From NCBI GenBank assembly GCA_016930235.1, contig JAFGHI010000007.1:27341-91340 (forward strand): a stretch of DNA of 64,000 bases, given 5' to 3'. Origin of the DNA: Candidatus Omnitrophota bacterium. GTDB taxonomy: Bacteria; Omnitrophota; Omnitrophia; Omnitrophales; Aquincolibacteriaceae. Below the pieces are notes generated by a model that was given only the letters and a program-made list of their open reading frames with translations, ran no database searches and had not been told where the DNA came from. Shown one piece after another: positions 47,900 through 56,092 of this stretch (positions within the stretch are counted from its first letter, which is position 1; each line of letters begins with the position of its first letter). The position numbers were made by a program, and so were the translations under genes.

Positions 47900-50458
47900 A
47901 TGAAACACGACGAAACACCTTATTCCGCGCTGATTAAGGCCCTGTCCTTTACACTCAAGCAGTTCCGTCTCTATTCAGAGAATCATCCGATCGCCAAGCA
48001 GGCCCTTGAGAGTTTCCAGAAGGAAATCAACGAGTTTCTCAAAAAGAAAGACAAGGTTGTGTTTGGGGCTATGCGCAAACGTCTTGTTGTGGATGGGACC
48101 CTTGTGGGGGAACGGGATATTGCGGCTAATGACTTAGCTAAGGATCTTGACCGCGTCGGGATCGAAGGTTTGATTTTCGAAAAAGGTTTGGACCCTAAAG
48201 AAATCATCGAGTTCATGAAGCTGATGGCGATGCGTGCGAAATCATTGCAGGACAAAGGGGGGTTCCAGAAGTTTTTTGAGAGCAAACAATTTAGCCACAT
48301 TAAGTTATCTCACGGTAAATTCCAGCTGATTGAAGACGGGCAAGTGGTCTTGGACGAATCCCAAGTCGGCGAAGGCACAGGTGGAGAAAGTGGTCCTGGA
48401 GAAGGCGGAGGTCCTGGAGAAGGCGGAGGTTCTGGAGAAGGCACAGGTCCTGGAGAAGGCACAGGTCCTGGAGAAGGCGAAGGTCCTGGAGAAGGCGGAG
48501 GTCTTGGAGAAGGCGAAGGTCCTGGAGAAGGCGGAGGTCTTGGAGAAGGCGAAGGTCCTGGAGAAGGCGGAGGTTCTGGAGAAGGCGGTCAGGGAACCGG
48601 AATTGCCGACGCAGGTCCTGTAACGAGTATTGCGGATATTATTTACCGTCTCCGTGAAGAAAAGGGTGGCGAAACACAGCCTGTCGAAGCGCATTCGGTT
48701 CCGATGGACTATAAAAAGATCGTTGTTCAATTGGAGAAACATCCCCAGGAAGTGGCCCAAGCCGCTTTGGAAAAGGTCGAGGATCCGGTCTTGCTCGAGT
48801 CGATGATTCGCAGGATCATTAATTTTCTTGTCGATGGACTGCTGGCTTATTTAGTGGAGCAGGGTAAGGACATCACAAAGGCCCTTGAACGGCTTGCCAA
48901 GGAGCTTGAAAAGGCCCTTGCCCGTATCGGCGGGGGGAAAGAATTAGAAGACCTCAAACAGCGGATTCCTAAGATCTTTGAGGAGTCGACTGATGAGCTC
49001 CGCATTCGAATGATGGTCAGGACCTACCAATCGAACCCTGACGATAAAAATCGTAATGCCTTAAAGAAGATGGGGCGTAAGCTTTTTAAGGAAGATAAAT
49101 TACGGGATCGGTTGGGGCCCTCGGTTCGTGAGGAACTTGTCCAGGCAGGGATGCCTTCGGAGGATTTCGAGGGTGTTTTTGCGGATATTGAGAAGCGGGC
49201 GGCGAAGAAAAAAAGCCGGGTCATGATTGACGCAGCTGAGCTTGCCGATCTGAAGAAAAAAGCGGCCGCCTTTGAAGCCGGCGGCGGGGACGTTGCGGAA
49301 GGGGACCTTCAATTGCAGGTTAAAAAGCTGCAGCGGGAAAAGAAGATGATCCTGGATCAAAAAGAGCGCGTTGATAATGTGATCCGCAACTTGGCGGAGG
49401 GTGTTCTCGTCGTCGATAAGAACGGCAAGGTTGTGATCATGAATCCTGCGGCGGAAAGGATGCTGGGGGTCAAAGGGGTGGATAAGATCGGTAAACCGGT
49501 GACGGAGGGCCTTAGCGATGAGCATATGGTCGCAATGACGGGGGGCGAGGACCTTCATGACTCCGAAGAACATGTCTCGAAGAAGGTTGAAGTTTTCAGT
49601 CTGAACGACGAGACCCAGAAGGTGTTGAAGGCCAGCACGGCCGTGATCGAGAACGAAGACGGTAAAACCGTCGGTATGGTCTCGGTCCTAAGCGACGTGA
49701 CCCGGCAAAAAGAACTGGAAGAGATGAAAAGTAAGTTTGTCTCCAATGTCTCCCATGAATTGCGGACACCCCTTGTCGCGATTCAAAAATCCCTGTCGGT
49801 GATCTTGAAAAACGAAGTCGGAGATGTCAGCGATGATCAAAAACGGTTTTTGGAAATTGCCGATAGGAATATTGACCGTCTGGGGCGGTTGATTAATGAT
49901 CTCCTGGATGTGTCGAAGCTGGAGGCCGGGAGATTTTCTCTTAATCCCAAAAAGGTTTATGTGCGTGAGCTCGTGATGCATGTGCTCTCAACGATGGAAA
50001 TATGGGCGAAGAATAAAGGGATTGAGCTTAAGAAGGATATTCAGGACGAACACCTTGAAATTGAAGTGGATACCGACCGTTTGACGCAGGTGCTGACCAA
50101 TCTTGTCGGGAATGCGATGAAGTTTACTCCTGAAAAGGGTTCGGTGACCGTAGAGATTAAGAAGGATATTCAGGACCCGGAAGTGTCTCAAGAGCCTTGT
50201 GTGGAAATCGGTGTTCGTGATACCGGGATCGGTATCGCCAAGGAAGATCAAGCCAAGATCTTCGATAAGTTTACCCAGGTGAGTCTTGCCCAGCCTGCCG
50301 GAACGCCCAGTACGGGATTAGGACTGACCATTGCCAAAGAAATTATTGAACTTCACAGCGGGAAAATATGGGTTGAGAGCCAACCCGATCAAGGCAGCCG
50401 TTTTGTTTTTCGCCTTCCCATCCAGTTTAAGCTGCGGGATAAAGAACAAACCTCGTAG
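47900..50458 (+). CDS. Cytoplasmic sensor histidine kinase with PAS domain and an internal (GEGxGP)n repeat linker
   Basis: HisKA H-box SHELRTPL. HATPase_c N/G1/G2 boxes (NLVGNAMKFT, DTGIGI, GTGLGLTI). A PAS-like segment precedes the H-box. No TM helices. Confidence 0.8.
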   Translation: MKHDETPYSALIKALSFTLKQFRLYSENHPIAKQALESFQKEINEFLKKKDKVVFGAMRKRLVVDGTLVGERDIAANDLAKDLDRVGIEGLIFEKGLDPKEIIEFMKLMAMRAKSLQDKGGFQKFFESKQFSHIKLSHGKFQLIEDGQVVLDESQVGEGTGGESGPGEGGGPGEGGGSGEGTGPGEGTGPGEGEGPGEGGGLGEGEGPGEGGGLGEGEGPGEGGGSGEGGQGTGIADAGPVTSIADIIYRLREEKGGETQPVEAHSVPMDYKKIVVQLEKHPQEVAQAALEKVEDPVLLESMIRRIINFLVDGLLAYLVEQGKDITKALERLAKELEKALARIGGGKELEDLKQRIPKIFEESTDELRIRMMVRTYQSNPDDKNRNALKKMGRKLFKEDKLRDRLGPSVREELVQAGMPSEDFEGVFADIEKRAAKKKSRVMIDAAELADLKKKAAAFEAGGGDVAEGDLQLQVKKLQREKKMILDQKERVDNVIRNLAEGVLVVDKNGKVVIMNPAAERMLGVKGVDKIGKPVTEGLSDEHMVAMTGGEDLHDSEEHVSKKVEVFSLNDETQKVLKASTAVIENEDGKTVGMVSVLSDVTRQKELEEMKSKFVSNVSHELRTPLVAIQKSLSVILKNEVGDVSDDQKRFLEIADRNIDRLGRLINDLLDVSKLEAGRFSLNPKKVYVRELVMHVLSTMEIWAKNKGIELKKDIQDEHLEIEVDTDRLTQVLTNLVGNAMKFTPEKGSVTVEIKKDIQDPEVSQEPCVEIGVRDTGIGIAKEDQAKIFDKFTQVSLAQPAGTPSTGLGLTIAKEIIELHSGKIWVESQPDQGSRFVFRLPIQFKLRDKEQTS
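48368..48597 (+). repeat. Tandem 18-nt repeat (GGTCCTGGAGAAGGCGGA-like, ~12.5 copies) encoding (GEGxGP)n inside the histidine kinase gene
   Basis: Direct reading shows the period-18 units varying at 2-3 positions (GGA/ACA/GAA, CCT/CTT/TCT). Confidence 0.85.
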
Positions 50459-50683
50459 GGTCCTTTTTGTAAAGTTTGCTTTTCAAGGGCGTTGTTAACT
50501 ATCCCAAAGTATCGTTTCAACGCTCATAAAATCCGAAATCCGAAACTCGTAGCAAATTCAAATATTTAAATGTCTACAAAAAGGCGAAAAATGCTTTATC
50601 GCTTGTTTTAACGAACATTCGGCTCATTGGAGCATTCGAGTTTTGGAATTGCTTCGAATTCCGGGGTTCCGATTTATGAATAT

Positions 50684-51625
50684 CTAAGAACAGCAGGGAT
50701 TCTTTTTGTCCTGCGTAAGAAGATATTGGCGGACGTAATCGAGGATGCCTTCGCGGGTGGAATATCGGTTTGAAAATCCAATCGTCTTTTTGGTGTGTGT
50801 CATGTCTGCTTGCGTGAAGTTCTGATAGAAATCATAAGGATTATCAAAATAATCCGGTTCGAGATGGGTTCCGAGGGCTTCGTTTAAAGCCTCAATCACT
50901 TCGTTAAAAGAGGTCGGGGTCCCTGTTCCGATGTTCAGAACGGTGTTTTCTTTTGATTCACGCGCCTGGATAGTTGCCTGGACGACGTCTTTGACGTAAA
51001 TAAAGTCTCGTTTTTGTTCCCCGAATTTGAAGACCCGCGGGCGCTTGCCTTGTTTCATCTGACAATAGAGTTGATAAATCATGCTGGCTGCGGGGCCTTT
51101 ATAAAATTCGCCCGGTCCAAAAACATTAAAATACCGAAGTCCGACAACTTTGATTTCATCCTTATATTGGCGGGCCAAGTTATCCATGATCCATTTGGAA
51201 AAACCGTAGATGTTATTGGGCTGGCCGGCATCGGATTCCTTCATGGGTGTGTCCTGAGTCCCGTAGACGGCTGCCGAGGAGGCGTAAATGACGTCGGCTT
51301 TCTTATCACAGGCAAGTTGGAGGATATTGCGGAAACCTTCCACGTTGTCATACATCATCTTTCGCTCGTCCAAGACCGTGGTATCGGTGATCGAAGCGAG
51401 ATGAAAAATAACATCGAGGGGCTTTGCTTCGAATGTCTTAAGCCAGTCTTGATCGGCGACATTACTGGCAAGGACGTCGCCCTTGAAGCCCAGCAGATTC
51501 TTGAAACTGGAGCCTCGGAAATCATCCATAACTGTAATGTTGGTATTGGGATAGCGCTTCTCTAGTTCGAATGCGAGATTCGATCCGATAAAGCCAGAAC
51601 CGCCTGTGACAAGGATGTTTTTCAT
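50684..51625 (-). CDS. hldD: ADP-L-glycero-D-manno-heptose-6-epimerase
   Basis: ILVTGGSGFIGSN, YASSAAVYG, GLRYFNVFGP, KRDFIYVKD, NIGTG and FTQAD are collinear with HldD/RfaD. Start chosen at MKNILVTGG (51625). Confidence 0.75.
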   Translation of the reverse strand: MKNILVTGGSGFIGSNLAFELEKRYPNTNITVMDDFRGSSFKNLLGFKGDVLASNVADQDWLKTFEAKPLDVIFHLASITDTTVLDERKMMYDNVEGFRNILQLACDKKADVIYASSAAVYGTQDTPMKESDAGQPNNIYGFSKWIMDNLARQYKDEIKVVGLRYFNVFGPGEFYKGPAASMIYQLYCQMKQGKRPRVFKFGEQKRDFIYVKDVVQATIQARESKENTVLNIGTGTPTSFNEVIEALNEALGTHLEPDYFDNPYDFYQNFTQADMTHTKKTIGFSNRYSTREGILDYVRQYLLTQDKKNPCCS

Positions 51626-51755
51626 AGGGGCATATGGTATCGGAATTTCTGAAAAAGGCAACTTAAAAAGTTGATAAGACAGAATTTGGGTACCCAAATC
51701 CGGCGGCTCTTAAGGGTTTTGATGAAGAAGAAAGCGGGATAGATTTTCTCCGGCT

Positions 51756-52073
51756 TTGCCGATAAAAAGATTAATGAAAAAGAAAGCCGTTATCCTTCTC
51801 TTCCTATTCGTTTTTCTCCTGGGGGCACCCATGACGAAGTCTGTTTATGCCGATAATGGGCTGATCGTGAGAGGCGTTGCGCGCACCCTTCTTTCAGTCG
51901 TGGAGATTCCAAAGGCAATAATCTCCCACTCGCAACGGGTTATTTTCCCGGTGGGGATTGTAACGGGTGCTCTGGAAGGTACTTTCCGTACGGTCATGGG
52001 GACCTTGGCGGGGACTTTGGACATTGCGCAGGGGGCTGCCCCTTACGCGAAATATATGCTGTTTTTTATCTAG
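51756..52073 (+). CDS. Small secreted protein, possibly an exosortase-system-associated TIGR04073-like family member
   Basis: Signal peptide. LIVRGVARTLLSVVEIPKAI resembles the RG..N...G..EIPK motif of that family. This is a weak call. Confidence 0.3.
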   Translation: MPIKRLMKKKAVILLFLFVFLLGAPMTKSVYADNGLIVRGVARTLLSVVEIPKAIISHSQRVIFPVGIVTGALEGTFRTVMGTLAGTLDIAQGAAPYAKYMLFFI

Positions 52074-52518
52074 CCGGGCCGACCTTCTTTAGATTTTTCC
52101 GATCACTTTTTAAAGCTTGAGCAAGTGTCTTGTAAGTCTTTCCGGTTTCGGGGTCTTTCTCTTCGGGGGCTATTTCTTCAAGCGGGATCATGATGAAGGC
52201 CTGTTGCTGATATCCGGTTTGCGGGAGCAAATCGATGTCAATCGGGCGGGGGGCATATTTATCCTGCGGGTTATGTTCCCGTCCGAGTTCTTTTTCAATT
52301 TCCTTGAGTCCTTGGCGGATTTCGTTTTGGGGCAAATCGGATTGAATCAGGATGGCGAGATTCCAGAAGACAGGTTGATCCGGCGGGCCGATGGGGTTGG
52401 CCTCATAGATCGAGGATTGTTTAAGGATATCAAATTTTCGGCCCAAAAGTTTGAGGGCTTGGGGGATGTTATTCCCGGGCGAAATATTGGAGCCGAGGCT
52501 CAAATAGAATCGGGTCAT
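52066..52518 (-). CDS. folK: 2-amino-4-hydroxy-6-hydroxymethyldihydropteridine pyrophosphokinase (HPPK)
   Basis: MTRFYLSLGSNI...PQALKLL...IYEANPIGPPDQP.FWN...RPIDIDLL is the HPPK pattern. Its start overlaps the folB stop (ATGA). Confidence 0.7.
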   Translation of the reverse strand: MTRFYLSLGSNISPGNNIPQALKLLGRKFDILKQSSIYEANPIGPPDQPVFWNLAILIQSDLPQNEIRQGLKEIEKELGREHNPQDKYAPRPIDIDLLPQTGYQQQAFIMIPLEEIAPEEKDPETGKTYKTLAQALKSDRKNLKKVGPAR

Positions 52519-52871
52519 TTCAAGTGCCGGGTTATTTGAACTCCGACCGTTTTTGAATTTCGCAGGGCCCCGGGTTTTGAAACGCGCAAGGTGATCTCCG
52601 GGAGTTTGAACTTCTTCAAGATCGAGGCGGCCAATTTTTCGGCCAATGTCTCGATCAGGAAGAACTCGCTTTTGGAAGTGAAATCCAGGATATGTTTCGC
52701 AATGCTTTTGTAATCGGTGGCATCTTGAATCCGGTCGCGTTTGGCCGCCTTTCTGATATTCGCCGGGAACTCGAGGTCCAGGACAATTTTCTGCAGAATT
52801 TTCCGTTCCCATTGAAAAATACCGATGCGGCATTGCGTTGTCAGTTCACGGATGAAGATCTTATCGTTCAT
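52515..52871 (-). CDS. folB: Dihydroneopterin aldolase
   Basis: IFIRELTTQCRIGIFQWERKILQKIVLDLEF is the FolB N-terminal pattern. 118 aa, upstream of folK. Confidence 0.65.
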   Translation of the reverse strand: MNDKIFIRELTTQCRIGIFQWERKILQKIVLDLEFPANIRKAAKRDRIQDATDYKSIAKHILDFTSKSEFFLIETLAEKLAASILKKFKLPEITLRVSKPGALRNSKTVGVQITRHLK

Positions 52872-53003
52872 GGCATAAGTCTATCATTTTTCAGGATTTA
52901 TTGTCTATTGGGACATCTCGGGTGGAAACACTTGTTTTCTTTTCGGGGTTCTTTTCGTAGAATGTCCGTTCCTGCATAATCCTAAAATCGAAAAGGCCCA
53001 TTA

Positions 53004-54113
53004 ATGTCAGAAGAGACACTTCTAAAAACAGAAAGAATGGCTCGCAGGATTGAGCCTTTGTGCCCCGCTTATGGGATTTGCGGGGGCTGTGCTTATCAAG
53101 AGATCCCATATCCTGAAGAGCTTGGGGCCAAGGAAAACCGTGTCCATAAGCTTTTTCGGGACGGGTTGGGTGTTGGGGCGGAAGTTCTTAAGCCGATACA
53201 GGCTTCCCCCAAGCCTTATTATTACCGGAATCGAGTTGATCTGACTTTGAGGCGTCTGAAATCCGGTGAAATCATTATGGGTTTTCAACATGAGAATTCT
53301 CATCAGGTCGTCAGAGTGGATTCCTGCGATCTTGCTATGCCGGTGATTTCAGATGCCTTCCCCGGGATCCAAGAAGAGGCTTCCAGGAAACTTCCCGGTG
53401 ATTACCGGACGGCCAATCTTGTCATTAAAAGCGGGGATGACGGACGTGTCCTTTGGGGCGGGATCGGGAGACATTCCTGCCGGCTGGAAGAAAAAGATTA
53501 CCTGTGGGCGGAGATCAAAGGCAAGAGGTTCTTTTACTCGCTCGATACGTTTTTTCAGGCGAATTTGACGATCCTTCCCAAATTAATGGAGGTCCTTGAA
53601 GAATACCTGCCCGGCGGCGACAATGCCCTTCTATATGATCTTTATGCGGGGGTTGGATTTTTTGGTCTTTATTTCGCGTCCCGGTTTCGTCGTGTCTTTT
53701 TGATCGAAGAAAGTGATACGTCTTGTGATTTGATGAAGTTCAATCTCAGATATCACGGGTTGCCTCATGTTGAGGCGATCAGGGGAAAGGTTGAGCATCT
53801 CTTCCCTGGTTTGCTTTCGCAATCCCAGGGTCGGCATGTGGCGATGATTGATCCCCCCAGAAGGGGACTAAGTGATGAGACCCGAGCGATGCTGGCCAAG
53901 GAAAAGCGGCTGGAGGCACTCGTTTACTTGTCCTGTAATCCGGAAACATTGGTTCGGGACCTTAAAGATTTTCTTGAAGAGGGGTGGAGCCTGAAAGTTG
54001 TCATTCCCTTTGATTTTTTCCCCAGGACAAAACATATTGAAACCTTGACCCTTTTGCACCAGGAGCCCACCGCTGGCGCCCACCGCGTAGGTGGCCTTTT
54101 CAATCATTCCTAA
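53004..54113 (+). CDS. RumA/RlmD-like 23S rRNA (uracil-5)-methyltransferase with Fe-S cysteines; 3' end fused to a REP element
   Basis: CPAYGICGGCAYQ cluster. SAM motif DLYAGVGFFGL. C-terminal FPRTKHIETLTLLHQ. The last 16 codons (EPTAGAHRVGGLFNHS) are encoded by the REP inverted repeat. Confidence 0.6.
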   Translation: MSEETLLKTERMARRIEPLCPAYGICGGCAYQEIPYPEELGAKENRVHKLFRDGLGVGAEVLKPIQASPKPYYYRNRVDLTLRRLKSGEIIMGFQHENSHQVVRVDSCDLAMPVISDAFPGIQEEASRKLPGDYRTANLVIKSGDDGRVLWGGIGRHSCRLEEKDYLWAEIKGKRFFYSLDTFFQANLTILPKLMEVLEEYLPGGDNALLYDLYAGVGFFGLYFASRFRRVFLIEESDTSCDLMKFNLRYHGLPHVEAIRGKVEHLFPGLLSQSQGRHVAMIDPPRRGLSDETRAMLAKEKRLEALVYLSCNPETLVRDLKDFLEEGWSLKVVIPFDFFPRTKHIETLTLLHQEPTAGAHRVGGLFNHS

Positions 54114-54152
54114 CGTTCGGTTTGGTCGAAAAGGCCACCTACGCGGTGGGCG
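54065..54152. repeat. REP doublet with a 25-bp perfect inverted repeat (CGCCCACCGCGTAGGTGGCCTTTTC / GAAAAGGCCACCTACGCGGTGGGCG) and a 26-nt loop
   Basis: Both arms read directly from the sequence. The left arm is preceded by GCCCACCGCTGGCGCCCACCGCG, which recurs at 61926-61949 and inverted at 63128-63150. Confidence 0.8.
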
Positions 54153-54167
54153 AAGCGGTTCGAAGTG

Positions 54168-54782
54168 ATGAGAAATGATATTTCGGCGTTATTTAACGCT
54201 TATGAGTGGTTCATCCAAAGCGAAGGACCGTTATCCTTTGAGCAGTTATTTGGGAACAATCATCCTGTGGAGGTCGAGATCGGCTGCGGCAAGGGGAGGT
54301 TCTTAAGTGCTTACGCCGGCGAAGCGTGCGAGATCAATTTCCTGGGTATCGACCGCGTAGGGAAATGGATGAAAAGGGCCCAGGCCAGGATTGAAAAGGG
54401 GAAAGTTGAAAACCTGAAATTCCTGCGTGCGGATGCGCGTGTTTTCTTGGAGAAGGTTCCGCACGGGAGCGTCAGTGTTTTCCATATTTATTTTCCGGAC
54501 CCCTGGCCCAAGAAGCGGCATCATAAAAGGCGCTTGGTGACGAAGGAATTTCTGGCAGTACTTCATGACCGATTGGTCAGTGAGGGAAAGATTAGGATCG
54601 CCACCGATAACAAGCCCTATTATGAAAGTATGCGGGAGGCGGTTGCTTGGACTCCATCTTGCTGGAGCCAGATCCGGGAAGATGAAAACAAGAGGCCGTT
54701 CTGTGAAGCCTTCAAAACGAGTTATGAACTTAAATATGAGGGTGAAGGAAAACCGCTTTATTACCTGGAGCTTCAAAAATGA
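54168..54782 (+). CDS. trmB: tRNA (guanine46-N7)-methyltransferase
   Basis: VEIGCGKGRFL SAM motif. FPDPWPKKRHHKRR is the TrmB signature. Confidence 0.8.
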   Translation: MRNDISALFNAYEWFIQSEGPLSFEQLFGNNHPVEVEIGCGKGRFLSAYAGEACEINFLGIDRVGKWMKRAQARIEKGKVENLKFLRADARVFLEKVPHGSVSVFHIYFPDPWPKKRHHKRRLVTKEFLAVLHDRLVSEGKIRIATDNKPYYESMREAVAWTPSCWSQIREDENKRPFCEAFKTSYELKYEGEGKPLYYLELQK

Positions 54783-55528
54783 GGATTGCGAAAGCGTTAG
54801 CGCTGGCGGGCATTGATTCAAGAAGAAAATGCGAGAGGCATATTACGAACGGGGCCGTGGTCGTCAATGGCGAAGTGGTCAGGGATCTGGGCCGCCAGGT
54901 GAATCCCGAAGAGGATTCGATTGCCTTTCGCGGGAGGATTCTGTATTTTGAAAAACCTGTTTATTATGTCCTTTTTAAACCCGCCGGATATACTACCACC
55001 GCTCATGATATTCATGCGGATAAGACGGTTTATGAATTGCTTCCAAGGCGGTTGATCAAAGGGTCCCGGCAACCGAAACCGTCGAGGACCCGCGTTTTTC
55101 CCGTGGGACGACTCGATAAATATTCCACGGGACTTCTCCTTTTCACCAATGATGGTGAGACGGCCAATCGCCTGATGCATCCCCGCTACGGGATTTCAAA
55201 ATGGTATCAAGTCAAGTTAGACCGCCCTTTCGATCCCCGCGACGGGAAAAGGCTTCTCCAGGGAGTTTCCTTGAAAGAAGGTTTGGCGAAGATTGAGAAA
55301 TTCCATCCCTTATCGAAACGCGTGATGCGTGTCCTTCTTCGAGAGGGGAAGAACAGGGAAATACGGCGTATATTCGGAAGACTCAATTACGAAGTGCTTG
55401 ACCTTTGCCGGATGAGCTTTGGCCCTTTAACGCTCGGAGGCCTTTCTCTGGGGCAGGGGCGTTTCCTTAACTCGAATGAAATCAAAGAGTTAAGGAAAGT
55501 GAGCGTTCCCAAGACACCCGCCGGATAA
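54779..55528 (+). CDS. RsuA/RluB-family pseudouridine synthase (S4 domain + catalytic domain)
   Basis: N-terminal S4-like MRIAKALALAGIDSRRKCERHITNGAVVVNGEVV. The catalytic Asp is in VGRLDKYSTGLLLFTNDGE. Confidence 0.7.
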   Translation: MRIAKALALAGIDSRRKCERHITNGAVVVNGEVVRDLGRQVNPEEDSIAFRGRILYFEKPVYYVLFKPAGYTTTAHDIHADKTVYELLPRRLIKGSRQPKPSRTRVFPVGRLDKYSTGLLLFTNDGETANRLMHPRYGISKWYQVKLDRPFDPRDGKRLLQGVSLKEGLAKIEKFHPLSKRVMRVLLREGKNREIRRIFGRLNYEVLDLCRMSFGPLTLGGLSLGQGRFLNSNEIKELRKVSVPKTPAG

Positions 55529-55571
55529 ATTCAAATTTTAGCCCTTGCTTTATTAATTCCACCACTGTATT

Positions 55572-55603
55572 ATTCATAATATGAATAGTTAAGCAAATTA
55601 ACT
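55572..55603 (+). promoter_or_regulatory. Two adjacent palindromes upstream of the marR-like gene (candidate MarR operator)
   Basis: ATTCATAaTATGAAT (7-1-7) at 55572-55586 and AGTTAAgcaaaTTAACT (6-5-6) at 55587-55603. They lie 20-50 nt upstream of ATG 55622. Confidence 0.5.
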
Positions 55604-55621
55604 ATTAGGTTTCTTAACTTA

Positions 55622-56092
55622 ATGGGGGTCCCCATGAAGGAAAAAGAAAAGCTCATCCAGTCTTTCCGGGAAATGCATTTGGTGATGTCCCGTCTCTTCA
55701 ACCAATTGCTCGGAGAAGTTGATCTGACCTTTCCTCAATACGTTCTGCTCGGTCATTTGTCAACCGCCGGAAGTATGACGATGACAGAGGCAAGTGAAAA
55801 ACTTTATATCTCAAAACCCGCTGTGACGAGTCTGGTCGATAAGCTGGCGGAAGAAAAATACCTGGCGAGGAAACCGCACCCGGAAGACAGGCGTGCCTAC
55901 CACCTCACAATCCTGCAAAAGGGTCAAGAGACAGTTAAAAAGTTTCAGGAGACTTTTATCCATAATCTTATGCTCAAAACATTGGAAGCGTTCAAAACGG
56001 AAGAACGGGAAAGCCTTCAGCGGTTCATGGATTCCGTTTTGCAGAATGCCGATGAAATCTTGGCAAACCCGATTAGAAATAGGAGGCGATGA
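55622..56092 (+). CDS. MarR-family transcriptional regulator
   Basis: The winged-helix region LTFPQYVLLGHLSTAGSMTMTEASEKLYISKPAVTSLVDKLAEEKYLARKPHPEDRRAYHLTILQKG is typical MarR. Its stop overlaps the tolC-like start (ATGA). Confidence 0.7.
   Translation: MGVPMKEKEKLIQSFREMHLVMSRLFNQLLGEVDLTFPQYVLLGHLSTAGSMTMTEASEKLYISKPAVTSLVDKLAEEKYLARKPHPEDRRAYHLTILQKGQETVKKFQETFIHNLMLKTLEAFKTEERESLQRFMDSVLQNADEILANPIRNRRR

Noticed and set aside
48368-48597. Possible CRISPR array (regular short direct repeats)
   Set aside because: The repeats are contiguous 18-nt units with no spacers and maintain an open reading frame inside a kinase gene. This is a coding tandem repeat, not CRISPR.
48305-48760. Minus-strand 151-aa ORF (and plus-strand 48330..48623 ORF) with KTSAFSRTFAFS / KAEVLEKAQVLEKA repeats
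   Set aside because: These are alternative-frame translations of the 18-nt tandem repeat inside the histidine kinase gene, which has intact HisKA/HATPase domains in its own frame.
50459-50683. 225-bp convergent intergenic region after the histidine kinase, considered for an ncRNA or terminator
   Set aside because: Only a weak 5-bp hairpin (GCAGG...CCTGC) was found, partly inside the hldD coding end. There are no covarying or repeat features.
52891-53109. 72-aa minus-strand ORF between folB and the rlmD-like gene
   Set aside because: It overlaps the rlmD-like gene start and the divergent promoter region. No RBS and no recognisable features.
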